From Protoeuglena noctilucae (lineage: Eukaryota): DNA of 64,000 bases. The first letter of the stretch is position 1. Each line of letters opens with the position of its first letter. Below the pieces are notes generated by a model. It made no database searches, had not been told where the DNA came from, and saw only the letters and a program-made list of their open reading frames with translations. Position numbers and translations under genes: made by a program. Below, piece after piece: positions 39,479 through 52,365 of the stretch. The stretch lies in contig OY253681.1 in the NCBI GenBank assembly GCA_958009085.1, positions 1 to 64,000 on the forward strand, read 5' to 3'.

Positions 39479-42084
39479 ATGACGCCCATGAATCCCGCAA
39501 TTTTTGATGCGACGATGATCATACAGTATCACATTCAGGCAAGTGGACGACGATGATGGTGCATTTGACGCAAGCGGAGCCAGGGGCCCCACGAAGAACC
39601 CGTCCGCTTCCCCGCAGGCCAGCGGATGCTTTGCTGACAGCAAGGACGCAGCAGACTTGATTCCCCGAGGACTGCAGCCTCTAGATGACGTGCTGAAAGC
39701 ATTGGAAGACGCCTTTACGGCAGAGGGAGCTGGGGATGGTGAGCCACGCTGCAACTGTCGTATGGGCTACCCAGGATGCCCGCCATGTGTGACAACGCCG
39801 CCTCCCGTCGCCCCTGCAGTGGCGGGCCCACCTCTTCCGGCGGAGCGCATGGCGGCGTTCGTGCGGGAACACTTCTCTGCGCCCGCCGATGGCCCGCACC
39901 CGGCGATGAGAAGCGCCCGCCCCCCCGGCTTTGGAGGAGACGGCATGTCGCGCTTCCTGGCCCAGCTCCCCGACGGCCCACCTCGGTGAGTGATGGCGCA
40001 CGACTCCTGGGCGGTTGTGGTACTTCAGACCCGGCTGCAATTGGCAGCGCTACTCATGCACTGGAGCTATGGTGGGGGTGCCCACATACCAGAGCTGCAT
40101 GCCTGCCTATAACGTGGCTTCCCCGCAGTGGGGCGACGGCGGCGCTGTGCAGCGTGTGGCCGCTGCTGTTCTGCGAGCCCGCACCCGAGGCCGCCCCGTT
40201 GCTGCACGGGGACACCCTGGTCCCTCCCCCGGGCCCCGTCGTGGTGCCCGGGCAGCGCTTCCGCGAGTGGTACTACTGGGACTCTCTGTGGAGCGCCCGG
40301 GGTCTGCGCGCCGCGGGGATGCCCGAGGCTGCCACGGCCGTGGCGCGGACCATGCTGCAAGTGGCGGACGCCCGGGGCTTCGTCCTTAATGGGGCCCGCA
40401 CGAACTACCTCTCCCGCAGCCAGCCGCCCGTCCTGGCGGTGCTCGCTGCCGACACGCTCTGCGACGGGGGCGGAGATGCCGAGGGGTCGGGGCTGGTGGA
40501 CCTGGCAGCGAGGGCGCTGGCCAAGGAGGCCGCCTTTTGGTCCAGCGCACCCCGAGGGCTCGAACTTATGCCGAACGCGGACGGGGCCCCATGGCATGTC
40601 CGCTTGGCTGACCACGCCCCTGGGGGCGCGGCCAAGACTTCTACTGCAATCATGGCCCTGTCACGGTACTGCGCGGGGTCGCGGGTTCCGCGCCCGGAGT
40701 CGTTTCGGGAAGACATGGCCCTGGCGCTGGAGATGGTGGGGGCGGCGGCAGTGGGGGAGGGCATGCGCGCACTGGGGCGGTGGCCGGCGCGCGCCGCCGC
40801 CGAGGTCCTGGGCCGGCCGGCGGTGCAGGGGCTGATGGCGGAGGTGGCGACGGCGGCCGAGAGCGGGTGGGACTTCTCCAGCCGGTGGATGGTCGGGGAG
40901 GCACGGGCCGACGCGCCCGCGTGGTGGCTGGGATGCACGGCTGCCCGCCGCGTGGTGCCCGTGGACCTCAACGTTCTGGTGGCAAGGCTGGAGTGGACAG
41001 CGGGGCTGTTTCGGGGCATGGCGGGCGACGGGGCGGGGGCCGCGGAGTGGGTGGGGAGGGCGCAGCGACGCGTGGCGGCGATCCACGAAGCGATGTGGGA
41101 CGCGGGGGCTGGAAGGTGGGGACGATGGCATAGCAGGTGCGGGTGACTGCGGCGCATGGATAGCGTGTGTGACGCCCTGCCCTTCCCTGGCTGCAGGTGG
41201 AGGGACCTGGTGATGGATGGGGACCTGGGGGACACAGGCGAGGCTGGCGAGGGCGGGCGCGTCGTGGGTGCACGGCGGCGGGAGGGCGTCGAGGTGTACG
41301 CGAGTGACTGGATGCCACTGTGGCTCCTCTGCTGCCCGGCCATCCCCGGAGAGGCGCCGCTGGCAGAACCGGGGTGAGCCTGGGGAAATGGGGTGTCGCT
41401 GTGACACTCCGTCTGGGCTGTGAGCAGCAACGACCTTCGGATAGCCGTCGTCCGCCTTAGGATTGCGGGCAGTTCGTTTGCGCAGGGACCCCCGCTTCGT
41501 CGCAGCGGCCGCGTCTCTGCGGGCGTCGGATCTGTGGGGCCCGGGGGGCGTGGCGGCATCCAATATAAAGACTGGCCAGCAGGCGAGGGCCGGTGCGACA
41601 CGCGTGGGACGGTGCATGACATCGCAGCTGATGCGACGCGACGCATGCGTCCCCTCCTCCTCAGTGGGACTTCCCCAACGCATGGCCGCCCCTCCAATCG
41701 GTGCTGGTCGAGGCGCTGGAGGCGCTGGGCAGGGCAGACCTCGCCTCGGAGCTGGCGTGCAACGTGCTGGCGTCCATGGCTGCGGGGATGAAGGCGAGTC
41801 GTGCGCGTGGCTGTGGAGTCGCATGGCTGCAGAGGTGCACCCCAACACAGCACCGCAACACACACTGGCTTGCGTCACCCCCGCAGCGTGACGAGTGCTG
41901 CCGCGTGGTCAGGCCCGGCACGCTCTTTGAGAAATACCGCAGTGACCGAAGAGGCAGCCCCGGGGGAGGGGGGGAGTACCCCCCGCAAGTGGGGTTCGGG
42001 TGGTCGGTGGGGGTCGCCCTGGAGCTGCTGGCCAAGCAGGGGCTCTGGGCTGAGCGTGAGGAGGACGTCTTTGAAGTTCCGTGA
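39479..42084 (+). CDS. Trehalase, glycoside hydrolase family 37 (multi-exon)
   Basis: FADSK, VPGQRFREWYYWDS, NGARTNYLSRSQPP, PRPESFRED, AAESGWDFSSRW, PVDLN, WDFPNAWPP, FEKY and GGGGEYPPQVGFGW. Confidence 0.96.
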
Positions 42085-42575
42085 GCTCAAAAGTCAGCGT
42101 TGTTCAACAGGCGGACAGGAGACAGAGTGAGCCTCGTGAAAATGGCTCAGAGTACGGGGGGACAGGTGCGGATGCGCGGAGGTGCGAGCGCAGGAAAACA
42201 GCTCGCATCGAGGGGGAGGGTCAAAGGATCTGACGCAGGGAAAGAAAGGTTGCTGTAGCGCAAAGAGTGGCGGTGCTGGGACCACCAGTGACGCTGGCAA
42301 GAGTGGGAGAGGGTCGAGGCGTGTGCCGGGCGGCCGACGCTCGACCAGAGGAAAAAGGGCTCCCCGCGACCGTGTGTGGTAAAATGCCAGGCCGCGCTGC
42401 CCCACGGAGGGAGGGGCGCGTCAGCTCACGTGGCCGGTGCGGGGAGAGTGCCAGCGTCGACTGGGTCCGCTACGAGGCAAGGGGATGAGAGATGAAAAGC
42501 GGGCGACAAGGGAGACGTCTTGCGTCATGGCATGCGACACTCGGAAGGCGTCCACGGCTCGGATGTCGGGGAGAG

Positions 42576-43050
42576 TCACTGGGGCCGGCCGAGGGCCTCG
42601 TCGCCCTCACACGTGCTCACGCGGGGGGTGGGGCAGGCGTCCTCCAGGAGAAGCCCATGGTCGAACTCCGTCTCCTGCCGCAGTCGGCGGCAGGGCAAGC
42701 CCGCCTCTTGCGGCCCTGGGGGCCCACCCGTGGGGCCGCCCAAGCCCCGGTCCTTGCCGCCCCTTGCCACCTTGCCGGCCCTTGCCGGCGAGGCGGCGGC
42801 GCGGGCGGCGGCCTCTCGCGCCATGGACTCGTGCAAGAGCCGCGCCTCGGCCGGGAGCGCCGCGACGTCCCAGGGGTCGCACGATGTGCCCCACGCCTGC
42901 AATATAGTGACGGCGGGGGGTCAGAAAGCGCGTCCTCGGCCGCCCGTCGATGCTCCCTAGCTTCTCAAGTCAGGCGATGCTCACCACAGGCCACAACTCG
43001 TGGCACTTGACTCGCTCGGGGGGCGAGGCTCGCTCGCGGGGCTCGTACAT
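42576..43050 (-). CDS. Small hypothetical protein (2 exons, ~128 aa)
   Basis: MYEPRERASPPERVKCHELWPV joins in phase 0 to AWGTSCDPWDVAAL... across a GT-AG intron (42984-42897) with a ctgac branch site. No homology recognised. Confidence 0.4.
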
Positions 43051-43224
43051 TCGCGCGCAACTGCGTCGGAGGGAACCACATCATAAATCACATCGAAACC
43101 GCGCAGGAGTGAGCCGCAGAGCATCGATGCAGGCGCAGCCACTCCAGAAAGTGTGGCCGGAGTCCCCGAGAGCGGCGCGCAAGGAGCTGACCCAATGGAG
43201 AGACAATTGAGACCTAGTTTTGCA

Positions 43225-43482
43225 ATGCCAGCCAAGGTCATCGGCCTGCCGGGGGCAGAGGAGCGCGCGCAGACCGGGACCTTTTTTCGAGGAGGGCCCG
43301 CGCCCTCGGCGAAAAACGAGCCCCGGGCGGCGCATGGCTATCTCGATGATGGCACATTGAAACCAGGTGAACGCGAGCGGGCTCCCTGCAGCGACTCACC
43401 GCCCTTGTCCCGCGCCCTTTACAGCGTAGGCTTCGGTCCGATGCACTCTTCGCACCAGCGCCCTCGATTCGGTATTTGGTGA
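43225..43482 (+). CDS. Possible small hypothetical protein
   Basis: MPAKVIGLPGAEERAQ...DDGTLKP followed by a GT donor, ctcac branch site and AG acceptor. Head-to-head with the previous gene. Confidence 0.3.
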   Translation: MPAKVIGLPGAEERAQTGTFFRGGPAPSAKNEPRAAHGYLDDGTLKPGERERAPCSDSPPLSRALYSVGFGPMHSSHQRPRFGIW

Positions 43483-44109
43483 AGAGCGACTGATGCGACA
43501 ACGCGCGCGCGTGGCCGGATGAGGACGAGCGAAGCGGATGTCTCGTGCCAGGAAACCACGTGTTCTGGCGGCTGCTGAACGCGCGTTCCAGGCCCTGCGC
43601 CTCCTCCCAGGCTTCTCATGGGGCGTTTTGGACGGGGTAGGGACGCGGGTTACACACAGCCCAGCCCAGTCTGGCTCGATGTGACAGCAGCGTGCGGGGC
43701 GGCACAGGCGGCAGAGGGCATGTGTCTGCAGCGTGGGTTTGACACCGATGGCATCTTCAAAACCCCCCCTTGTCCATCTTCAATCCCTCCCTTGCCATGG
43801 CGTGCACACCTCTCATGCACTCGCCTACGAGCATGCACGGTACCACGCGCCCCCATGTCGGCACTCCCGCCATCTACGGAGTGTGATGCACGTCCCCGTG
43901 GCTGGGGTGGAGGAGAGGGGCGGGGTGGTCAGGGCTGGGTGAGGGAAGCTGAGTGAGGGGACGGGCTGTGCGGGAGCGGCAGATGAGGCATGGACGATGG
44001 CAGGGCAGCCAATGCCCCGACCCTCTCACCTGCCGCACCCACGTGCACGCTGCGGCACACATCACACACTATGCTCCACCTGACATGCGCTAGAACGCCG
44101 CCCACGCCC

Positions 44110-45818
44110 TCACCTGGCAAGTGCGATCATCCAACCGGGCAAACTGCGTCTGCTCCAGCCCCGCAGCTTCTCCACGCAGCGCTTCACCAGCCCCGGCTCC
44201 CCGCCCGTGTTGACCAGGTTCGCGCCGCGGGCGGCCATCCGCAGCAGCAGCTCGGATTTATGCGGCAAGTCGCTTGCAGCGGCGGCGGCGCCAATGGGCG
44301 TCCTGCCCTCCCAGTCCCGCGCCTCCAAGTCTGCCCCGGCGTCCAGCAGCAGGTCCACGCACGGCGCGTGGGAGACTAAGTGCAGGGGCGTTTGGCCATT
44401 TTCATCAACGACCCTGACGTCCGCCCCCGCCGCCAGCAGCAGCTGCGTTATCTGCACCGCGTCTCTTTCATCCTCACATTCCACCGCGTATTGGAGAACA
44501 CCTTCCCCGTGCCAGTAATGGACGTCTGCCCCCAGCTCGATGAGAGCGCGGACGGCTTTGACGCGGCCACGAGTGCATACTCGCTGGAGTGGGGACTCGT
44601 TCTCTCCGTCACCCTGGATGCTTAGCCCACGCGCCGCCAGCCACCGCACCACTTCCCCCGTCCCCGCCTCGTGCATCGCTGTGCGCCCATTGTTGCTGGT
44701 GGCAGTCACCTCAGCCCCCAAATGCACCAAAGTCTTTATAATGGCCTTCTTGCCGTCGAATGCTGCAACATGGAAGGCCGTGCAACCGTCGTCATCCACT
44801 GCGTTCACGTCTGCACCGGCCTCAGCCAGCCGACGCAAGACGCCCGGCGTCGGCAGCCCTCGCACACCCATGGCAACGTGTGGTCCCACCCATCCCGCCC
44901 GACCTTGGCCGACGCCCCCGCCTTCAGCAGCGCCTCCACCACCGCCTCGTGACCCTCAAGCCCGGCACGCACCAACGCCGTCTCCCAGTCATAAGGAGCT
45001 CCACCACGTGCATCCACCTCCGCCCCTGCTGCCAGACATGCCTTCACTGCCTCCACGCAGCCCCTCGCTGCGCAGTACGACATCAGCGGCCACGCTCCCT
45101 GCAGCCGCCGGTTGACGTCCGCCCCCATTGCCACCGCCACCCGCACCATCCGCGCCACCTCCTCGTCCCCCAGCGCGTGCGCCCACTCCACCCTGCCGTT
45201 CGCCCTGCGCCCCACCGGCCGCCGTGCCCGCACCGCCACTACCAGCGGCGACTGATCGACGTCCGGCTCATCGCCCACGGCCCAAGACATGCCGTTCATG
45301 TCCGGCTCCTCCGCCACCAGCAGGGCCAGCCACCACAGCCCCATGCTCGCCAGGTGGTGCGCGTGGGACCCGTTATGCACGCACACCACCAGCGGGGAGA
45401 CGTTGAGCAGACAATCTCTTCGCAGGAGATATCTGGCATCACTGCGTATGTCTTTTTGCCTGTCCTCCTCCGTGGCCCGGATGCCCCACGCCCTCCACAC
45501 CTCGTCCACCTCGTCCCGCATCTCCCGCGACACCCCCCGCGCCGCCTTCGCGTCGCTCAGGGGCACCAGCCGCAGGATCTCGCGATGCAGCTCCCCGGGC
45601 AGGTCGCCCCACCCTGCGAGAGCGACCGGCCGATGCGGGGTGCCGTCACGACCCAGCCAAATGCAACGCAACTGCAGACGGTGAGCCTCGCTGCTGCGCC
45701 TCACCCACGGTGGTCGCCTCAGCCGACTCTGACATACCCACTCGCTCCACAAATCGACTTCTGCCGCCGTTCCGCCGGCCGCCTCCGTGCCCCATCTGCA
45801 CATGCACGCACCAAGCAT
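44110..45818 (-). pseudogene. F-box plus ankyrin-repeat protein, split by one frameshift near 44857 (pseudogene or assembly error)
   Basis: F-box WGDLPGELHREILRLVPLSDAKAARGVSREMR. About 8 ANK repeats (GADVNAVDDDGCTAFHVAA, GADLEARDWEGRTPIGAA). The two overlapping ORFs join if one base is added in gagggctg. Confidence 0.8.
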
Positions 45819-46314
45819 GCGTTAACGCTGTCCACCACGCACGGCACCCGCCTTAGGCGCGCGGACGCCCCTCGCAATTGGCCACTGCAGTCTCACCCGT
45901 CAGGTGCCCTGCGCGCTCGCCTCGCGCGTCTTGTCCGCGCCAAAGCGGGTCCGATTGCCTGGCGGGTCCGATTGCCTGGAGGGCTGGAGGGTGGTGTATC
46001 AAGCCCCGTCGAGACGTTGCGGCCTCGCTCAGCGCCAGTGCCTGTGCCTAGGTATGGTCCGAATCGCATGCATGGGGTGCCACACATCAGCGAAGGGCCG
46101 CAACTGCAGATCCGGCGGGTATGGCCTCCGCCAGAGGTCCCTGCCAGCTGTGTGCCGTCCGCAGCCTGGCGCGAGGCCCGGCTTCACGTGCGCATTGACA
46201 GCTGGTTCTCGACAATCGCACTCCTCCAATTCTTGCATTCCATTAAGGCAAGTCTGCTTTCAACAGAGCGCGCGCATACACGTGCCGCGTTTCCTGGCAC
46301 CCGCGCGTGCTGCC

Positions 46315-49300
46315 CTAGAACAGGGACGGCGACGTGGGGTAGGTCACGCGGCTCTGCCCCGCGCCAGGCGTGGCCGCCGACCCGAAGGGCCCCTCCAGGA
46401 AGCGCGCCAGGGGCCCGGGCGTGGCGCCGTGGGTCATCCCGAGCGTGGAGGCATTGACGCCGCGCGGGGGCGACGGCGAGTGGCGCGAGAGGGCGCGCAT
46501 GCGCGAGGCCTCCACGATGTGGTCGAGGCGGCCGCGGTGGAGCTGGCCCTCGACCTCGATCCTGCAGCGGTCGTGGCAGGGGCAGCCGCGGTCATGGATG
46601 CGACCAGAGGAGACGGGAGCATGCGGGGCGTGATGCCTGCCTGGTCTACCCCGCGTTTGTAGAAACTCAGCACACACCCCACGCCACCCCATGCGCCCGC
46701 GTCGGTAAGCACACACCCACCCCAAGCCCCCTCGCCTGAGCCGGTTCGCCTCTGCCTTGTCCTGCATGGCGCGCTCGAGGTCCTGCTCCAGCGCCCGCAG
46801 CTGAGCCGACTGGGACGCCAGGGACAGGCGGGCCTGCTCCAGCTCCACGCGCAGGGACGCCGCCTCGCGCTGGGCCCTGGGAGGCACGGAGAGGCTCACG
46901 GGGGTGAGGGGAAGGGTGCCACTGCTGGGGGTGCCTGTGTGCCACCGGCGCCACAGCCCAGCCATACAGGGGCGGGGAGCTGAGACATCGCTTGCCTGTC
47001 CGCCTGCTCCTGCGCCCTCTGCCGCTCGCGCCTCGCCGCCTCGGTCGTCTCCTCCAGGGCACGCGCCTGCCGCGCCGACGCCCGCGCCTCCGCCTCGGCC
47101 GCGCGCGCCCCGGGGCTGCCGCGCAGGGCACGCGCCTCGGCATCCCTGGGAGCAACGCAGTCGAATGCGCGGTGGTGAGCGCGGGGACAGCGACGGAGGC
47201 CACGCATGCTGTTCGGTGTCGTGAGCGCTGCCAGCGGTCGCCAAGCCACTTCTGCTCTCACACCCCGCGCCCGCGACACCCTCCCTCACCTGAGCCGCGC
47301 CTCCACCTGCCGCGCGCGCCTCTCCTCCTCCGCCAGCCTCCTCCGCAGCTCCGCCGCCTCCTCCGCCGTGGCGCCCGCCGAGGCAGCTGCCACGTCCGCC
47401 TCCAGCTGGGACACGCGGCGCTGCGGGGGAGAAGCGGAGCGGGGCGCGCGGTCCGCGCTGCGCATGCACGCGGGCTGCCAGGCGATGCGTGCGGCCCTTC
47501 AAGCGTCCCCTCGCGCAGGCGCCCTCTCCCGCCGCCCGTCACCTGCAGCCCCTCGCACTTGCGCCGCCACTCGTCGATGCGCTGCTCGGCCTCCCTCGCC
47601 GCGCGCGTCTGCTGCGAGATGGCCGCCTCCAGCCGCGCCTCCAGCTCCCGCGTCGCCTGCTGCCCCGCCTCCCCGGCCTGCCGCCCCGCCGCCCGCGCCC
47701 GGGCCGTCACGTCGCGGCACTGCCGCACGACCATCTCGGACACCACGGGGGACGCAAAGTCGCTCTGCACGCCCACGCCCTCCACCGACAGCAGCAGCGA
47801 CAGCTCGGCCAGCAGCCGGCGGTGGGCGCGCGCACGGTCCTCCAGGGCGCGGCGCTCGTTCTGCGCAGCGCAGAGGACGATCGCGGTCGTTGCATCAAGA
47901 AGCGAGCCGCGAATACCCCACCCCACCTCTCGCCGCAGCCCATGCCATCCATCCCGCTCTCACGTCGAGGGCGGCGATGGCGTCGGCGCTCTCCCGCTCC
48001 AGCTGGGCCTTGGCGTCGCGCACCGCCTCGCACTCGGACACCTTGGCCTCGTGGCGGCCCGACAGCGCCGCCAGCTCCTGGCGCAGAGCCTCGCCCTCGG
48101 CCAGGGCCTCGTCCAGCCGCGCCGCCAGGGCCCTGGGCAGCGGAAAGGGGGGGGCAGATGCGACACCAGCCACCCCTTGCCCCTACGGTCATCCACATGC
48201 ACGCACCGGGTCTCTGCCAGTGCCACAGTCCACCACCCCCCTCCCCCCGCACGCACCGGCTCTCCTGGTGTGCGGCGGCCAGCCGCTCGTGGAGGTCGGC
48301 GCACTCCTCGGACCGGTCCTGCAGGCGCCGCTGCATGTCCAGGCACTGCGCCTCGGCCTCGCCCAGCTGCGTCTCGAGCGCGTCGCCCCGGGCCCCCGCC
48401 TCCCGCAGCTCGGCCGAGAGGTCCTCGGCGCGCGCCTCGGCCGCCGCGCGCATCTCCGCCTCGTGGCGGGCCTCGGCGCGGGCGTCCCGGGCGTCCCNNN
48501 NNNNNNNNNNNNNNNNNNNNNNNNNNNNNNNNNNNNNNNNNNNNNNNNNNNNNNNNNNNNNNNNNNNNNNNNNNNNNNNNNNNNNNNNNNNNNNNNNNNN
48601 NNNNNNNNNNNNNNNNNNNNNNNNNNNNNNNNNNNNNNNNNNNNNNNNNNNNNNNNNNNNNNNNNNNNNNNNNNNNNNNNNNNNNNNNNNNNNNNNNGGG
48701 GGGGGGGGTTGTGAATTTGTGAGCACCCTGCCACCCTTAACAGCTTCCACCCACCCACACACGCGCCGACCCTTGCGAGGGTGCTGGCATGCACGGACAG
48801 TTCGCTAATGACAGGTATGCACATGTGTGGCAGGATTGGGCTTTGGTGGGATTGGCCCACCCCTGCCAACCCCGCATGCATGCGCGGGCCTCGCCTTGGC
48901 GATGGCCAGCGACCGCCGCAGCTCCCCGACCGTCTCTGCCAGGCGCTGGAGGACGGCCTGGCCGCGGAGGACGCGGGGGGCGGGGAGGCCCGACTGGCGG
49001 ATGATCTCCAGGAGCTCAGACACCTGGGGAGAGGGGACGAGCAGGTCAGGCGTGAAATGCATGTGGACGAGGCGACAACTCACCAGAAGTTGTGGAAAGC
49101 CAGGATGCTGCGTCGACCCGGCGGCGGCCCCAGCGCTGCCCTCCTTGCCTTCTCCATGTCGAGCTCGGCCGCCCTGGCGAGGGCGCCGCCTCCCATGGTG
49201 GCCCCGGGGCTGCCGCTGTCGGCCAGGTCGGCCATGGCCAGGCTGCGCGCCAGGGCGCCGGGGCTGGTGGAAAGCTCCAGGCCCGGGCGGGTGGGCGACG

Positions 49301-51073
49301 AGGACGCGGGGAGGGCCAGGGCCGTGTGGGAGTCCTGCGGGTGCGGATGCGGGCAATGGCGGGTGGCGCGGTCGCTGATGGGGGTGTGCGATGACACCCC
49401 GCGCCAGCGCAACTGTGGCCCCTCACGTAGCTGGCGCGCTGTGCCGCGGGTATGGCCTTGCTGGGGGTGTACCCCCAGTCCTCGAGGGTGCGCAGCTGCC
49501 GCGTGGAGGCGGCCGCATTGCCCCAGGTGGGCGTGACCATCACGCCCTTGCCGTTCGAGGCGGGGCGGAGGCGCGAGGCCCAGGAGAGGGTGGCGATGGT
49601 GTCGTTGGCGTGCTCCGACGTGGCGTGGATGCAGGCCAGGACCGCCACGTGGGCGGCCGAGAAGAGCGCGTCCTTGAGCCACACCGTGAGGGGGGAGTCG
49701 CGCCAGGGGATGTGCGAGAACTCGGGGCGTTTGGACGGGGCGCCGGGGCCACGCGCGGCCTTGCTCGACGCCTCGTGCACGCTCTTCAGCACCGCGCTGC
49801 AGGGGGGGGGGCAGAGCGGGAGCGTAAACCCCGCGCGAGGCGGTGGGCGCTTCCTGAGGCTGAGCGGGTGCCTCGCCGCTCATCACAGCCCTCGAGCCGC
49901 TCGCCTGAGTGCCTGGAATGCCGTGGCCTTGGCCCTCGCGGCGGCGGGGGTGTTGCGCGCGGCCCCCTCCTCCCGGGACTCGGGGCCCGCCAGGTCCACG
50001 AACGCGACGCGGGCCACCGACACCTTGCTGCCGGCGCTGCGGCGCTCCAGGTGCAGCGTCAGGGCCAGGTGCACGCCCTCGTCCAGCCTGCGGGGAGAGG
50101 GGCAGCGGTGGCGGATCAGGGCTGGGCCAGGGACCCGACTTGGCGCTTACCGTCACACCACGGCAGCGCTGGGCGTGGCAAGGCATGGCAGCTGCTCACC
50201 GGTAGCCCCCGGCGGGCCTCGTGGCCTCGGCGGCGAGCGTCTGCGCGACCTGCCCGACCCGCAGGACCTCGGAGATGTCGGCGGGGCCGTCCAGGGCGAA
50301 GAGCGTGGCGGCGTCCATGGCCTGCTGGGCGCGGCTGTCCTTGATCGACACGGGGGGGGCGCCGGGGGTGAGGAGGTCGAAGAGGAAGCCGCCGTCCGAG
50401 CCGGCTGCAAGGGAGGGGAGACCCTGTGAGTGCATGCGTGCGCAAGACATGGGTGTGTGCGTCGGGTCAGGGGAGACCATGCGACGGCCTCACCCGTGAG
50501 CGCGGTGTAGGAGGCCTTGAGGGCGAGGTTCTCGTGCGGGAGGCGCCCGATCATGCGGAAGGCCGCGGCGACGGCCTGCTGCACGAGGCCCTCGGTGGGG
50601 GAGCCCGTGGTGGTGCCCTTGGGGCCCACCAGCGTGTGGGTCTTGCCGGCCCCGGGGGCGCCGTACACCAGCACGGCCGAGTCCATCCCCTGCTCCATCG
50701 CGTCCACTGCGGGGGAGACACGCAATGCCACGTTACTTAGGCTGCACCGCCGCCAGGGGAGCTGCGGGGCACCAGTCGGCCCCTGGCGCGCACCTAGGGG
50801 CTGCACGGCGGCGTGGAAGACCTCGCGCTGGCTGGACTGCTCATCGAAGACGGCGTCGAACTCGTAGTGCGGGTACTGCCCCTTGACGTAAGACACGGCG
50901 CGGTCTGAGTCCCCGGGGCGCCGCGGCCGGACACGCACGTGGACCTGGGCGGGGAGAGAGGGTTGACGGTAGGAGAGGGAGGCGCCAAAGCAGCGAATCC
51001 CGCAAAGGGTCCGCGGTCCCCGGCGCCGCGCGGCGCTCTGAAGCACCTGCATCTTGACGCCCACGTCCGACAT
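46315..51073 (-). CDS. Divergent N-terminal-motor kinesin with coiled-coil stalk (multi-exon, spans assembly gap)
   Basis: VHVRVRP, YEFDAVF, YGAPGAGKTHT (P-loop), FVDLAGPE, HIPWRDSPLTVWLKDAL and TIATLSWASR, then heptad-rich exons. Confidence 0.9.
48498..48697. other. Assembly gap (200 N)
   Basis: Run of N next to a poly-G tract inside the kinesin gene. Confidence 1.
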
Positions 51074-52365
51074 GCTGCCTGGCGGGATCGCGGCCTGGCA
51101 AGCGGCACGCTGTCGCGAGACGCCGGAGATACGACGCAGGTGCGAGGTGGCGGGGGCGTCGCCGTGTTCGGCGCCTGCAGTCTGCGGGGGCGGGCGGGGG
51201 AGGGGCGTGTGATCTGGAGGGCCCTGATCGCAGCGATGCCGGCTAACCGGGCCCCCGGGGCTTCCTAAAGAACGCTGATCAGCAAGAAGAAAGCTCTGGC
51301 GCCCGGGCAGTCGGGATCGCCCGCGAGTCGGGCTCGGAGAGGGTGGGCCGGGGGCACGCATGCGGGCCCCGCTGCCGAGGTCGGTGGCGCCGCTGAGCGG
51401 CCCACACTGGCCCCAACGCAAGCACGTCAGAGCATCCAACTGCCCGTGCGGGAACGGAGCGCTTTCCGCGTTGGGGCTCCGGGTGGAGGGAAACGCGCAA
51501 AGTCACTGCACAGGCCTGTTAATGGTGTCCTGATGCCGCCCAAGGACATTTGTAACGACAATTAAGCCGGGGAGCATGACATCGCGGGGCCACCTAGCCC
51601 CAGCGCGGAGAACACCGTGCTGTGCCGGTTACGCGAAGCCCTCCGGGCAAGAGCGCCGCCGCCAGTAAAATCACGACATGGGAAAGGCATTGCTGCCGAC
51701 GGCCGACCTTTCTCGGCAGCATCGGGGCGCATCTGGGCGCGATCGTAGAGCGCACGCACCTGGCGCTGGCTCGCAGGCACGTCCAGGGAGCCACACACGA
51801 ACACTGGGCGAGACCTGGGTGGAATCGCGTAAGTGGCTCGCGCGCAGGCTTTTTCTGACAAGAAAACGTCAGGTTTGGCAAGGGTCCGCCTTGCAGCGTG
51901 TGCGACGCATGTCCTCGGCGTAAAATCGCATGTCTGGCCAGCGAGGATGCGGAGATAGACGGTGGTTGGCATTCGGTGGAGTTCTCTGCACAAGTGGCGA
52001 GTTCTCTTGGCAAAGGGCGGATTTTGTGGCGCGAAGTCCTTTTTCATCAATGACGAACAACGTGGGTCGAAACTCGGGCGGCTGATTCCGCTGTCGCTGG
52101 GCGCTTGCGCTGCAGCCTCGTCCCACCGTCCAGCTCCCTCGCTGCTGCGCACAGGTGTTTCTACTTGTTCGCGTTGCTCGTGGCTGGCAGGAGGTCTGAG
52201 GGCGGGACGAGCCGAGCAGCTGCTCGGCCGCGTGGTTATCCCACGAATTGACCCTTCGCCGGTGACGGCCCCCAATGGCCACCGCGGTGGATTCTGCCTA
52301 CAACAGCATTCCGGATGGCAGGTGAGAGGCCCGGTGGGCCCGGCGTGGTGCCAGGCCTCAGGTAG

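Noticed and set aside
43440..43580. Hairpin with box C/D-like words, possible snoRNA
   Set aside because: No proper RTGATGA box C with terminal stem or recognisable guide; overlaps a possible small CDS.
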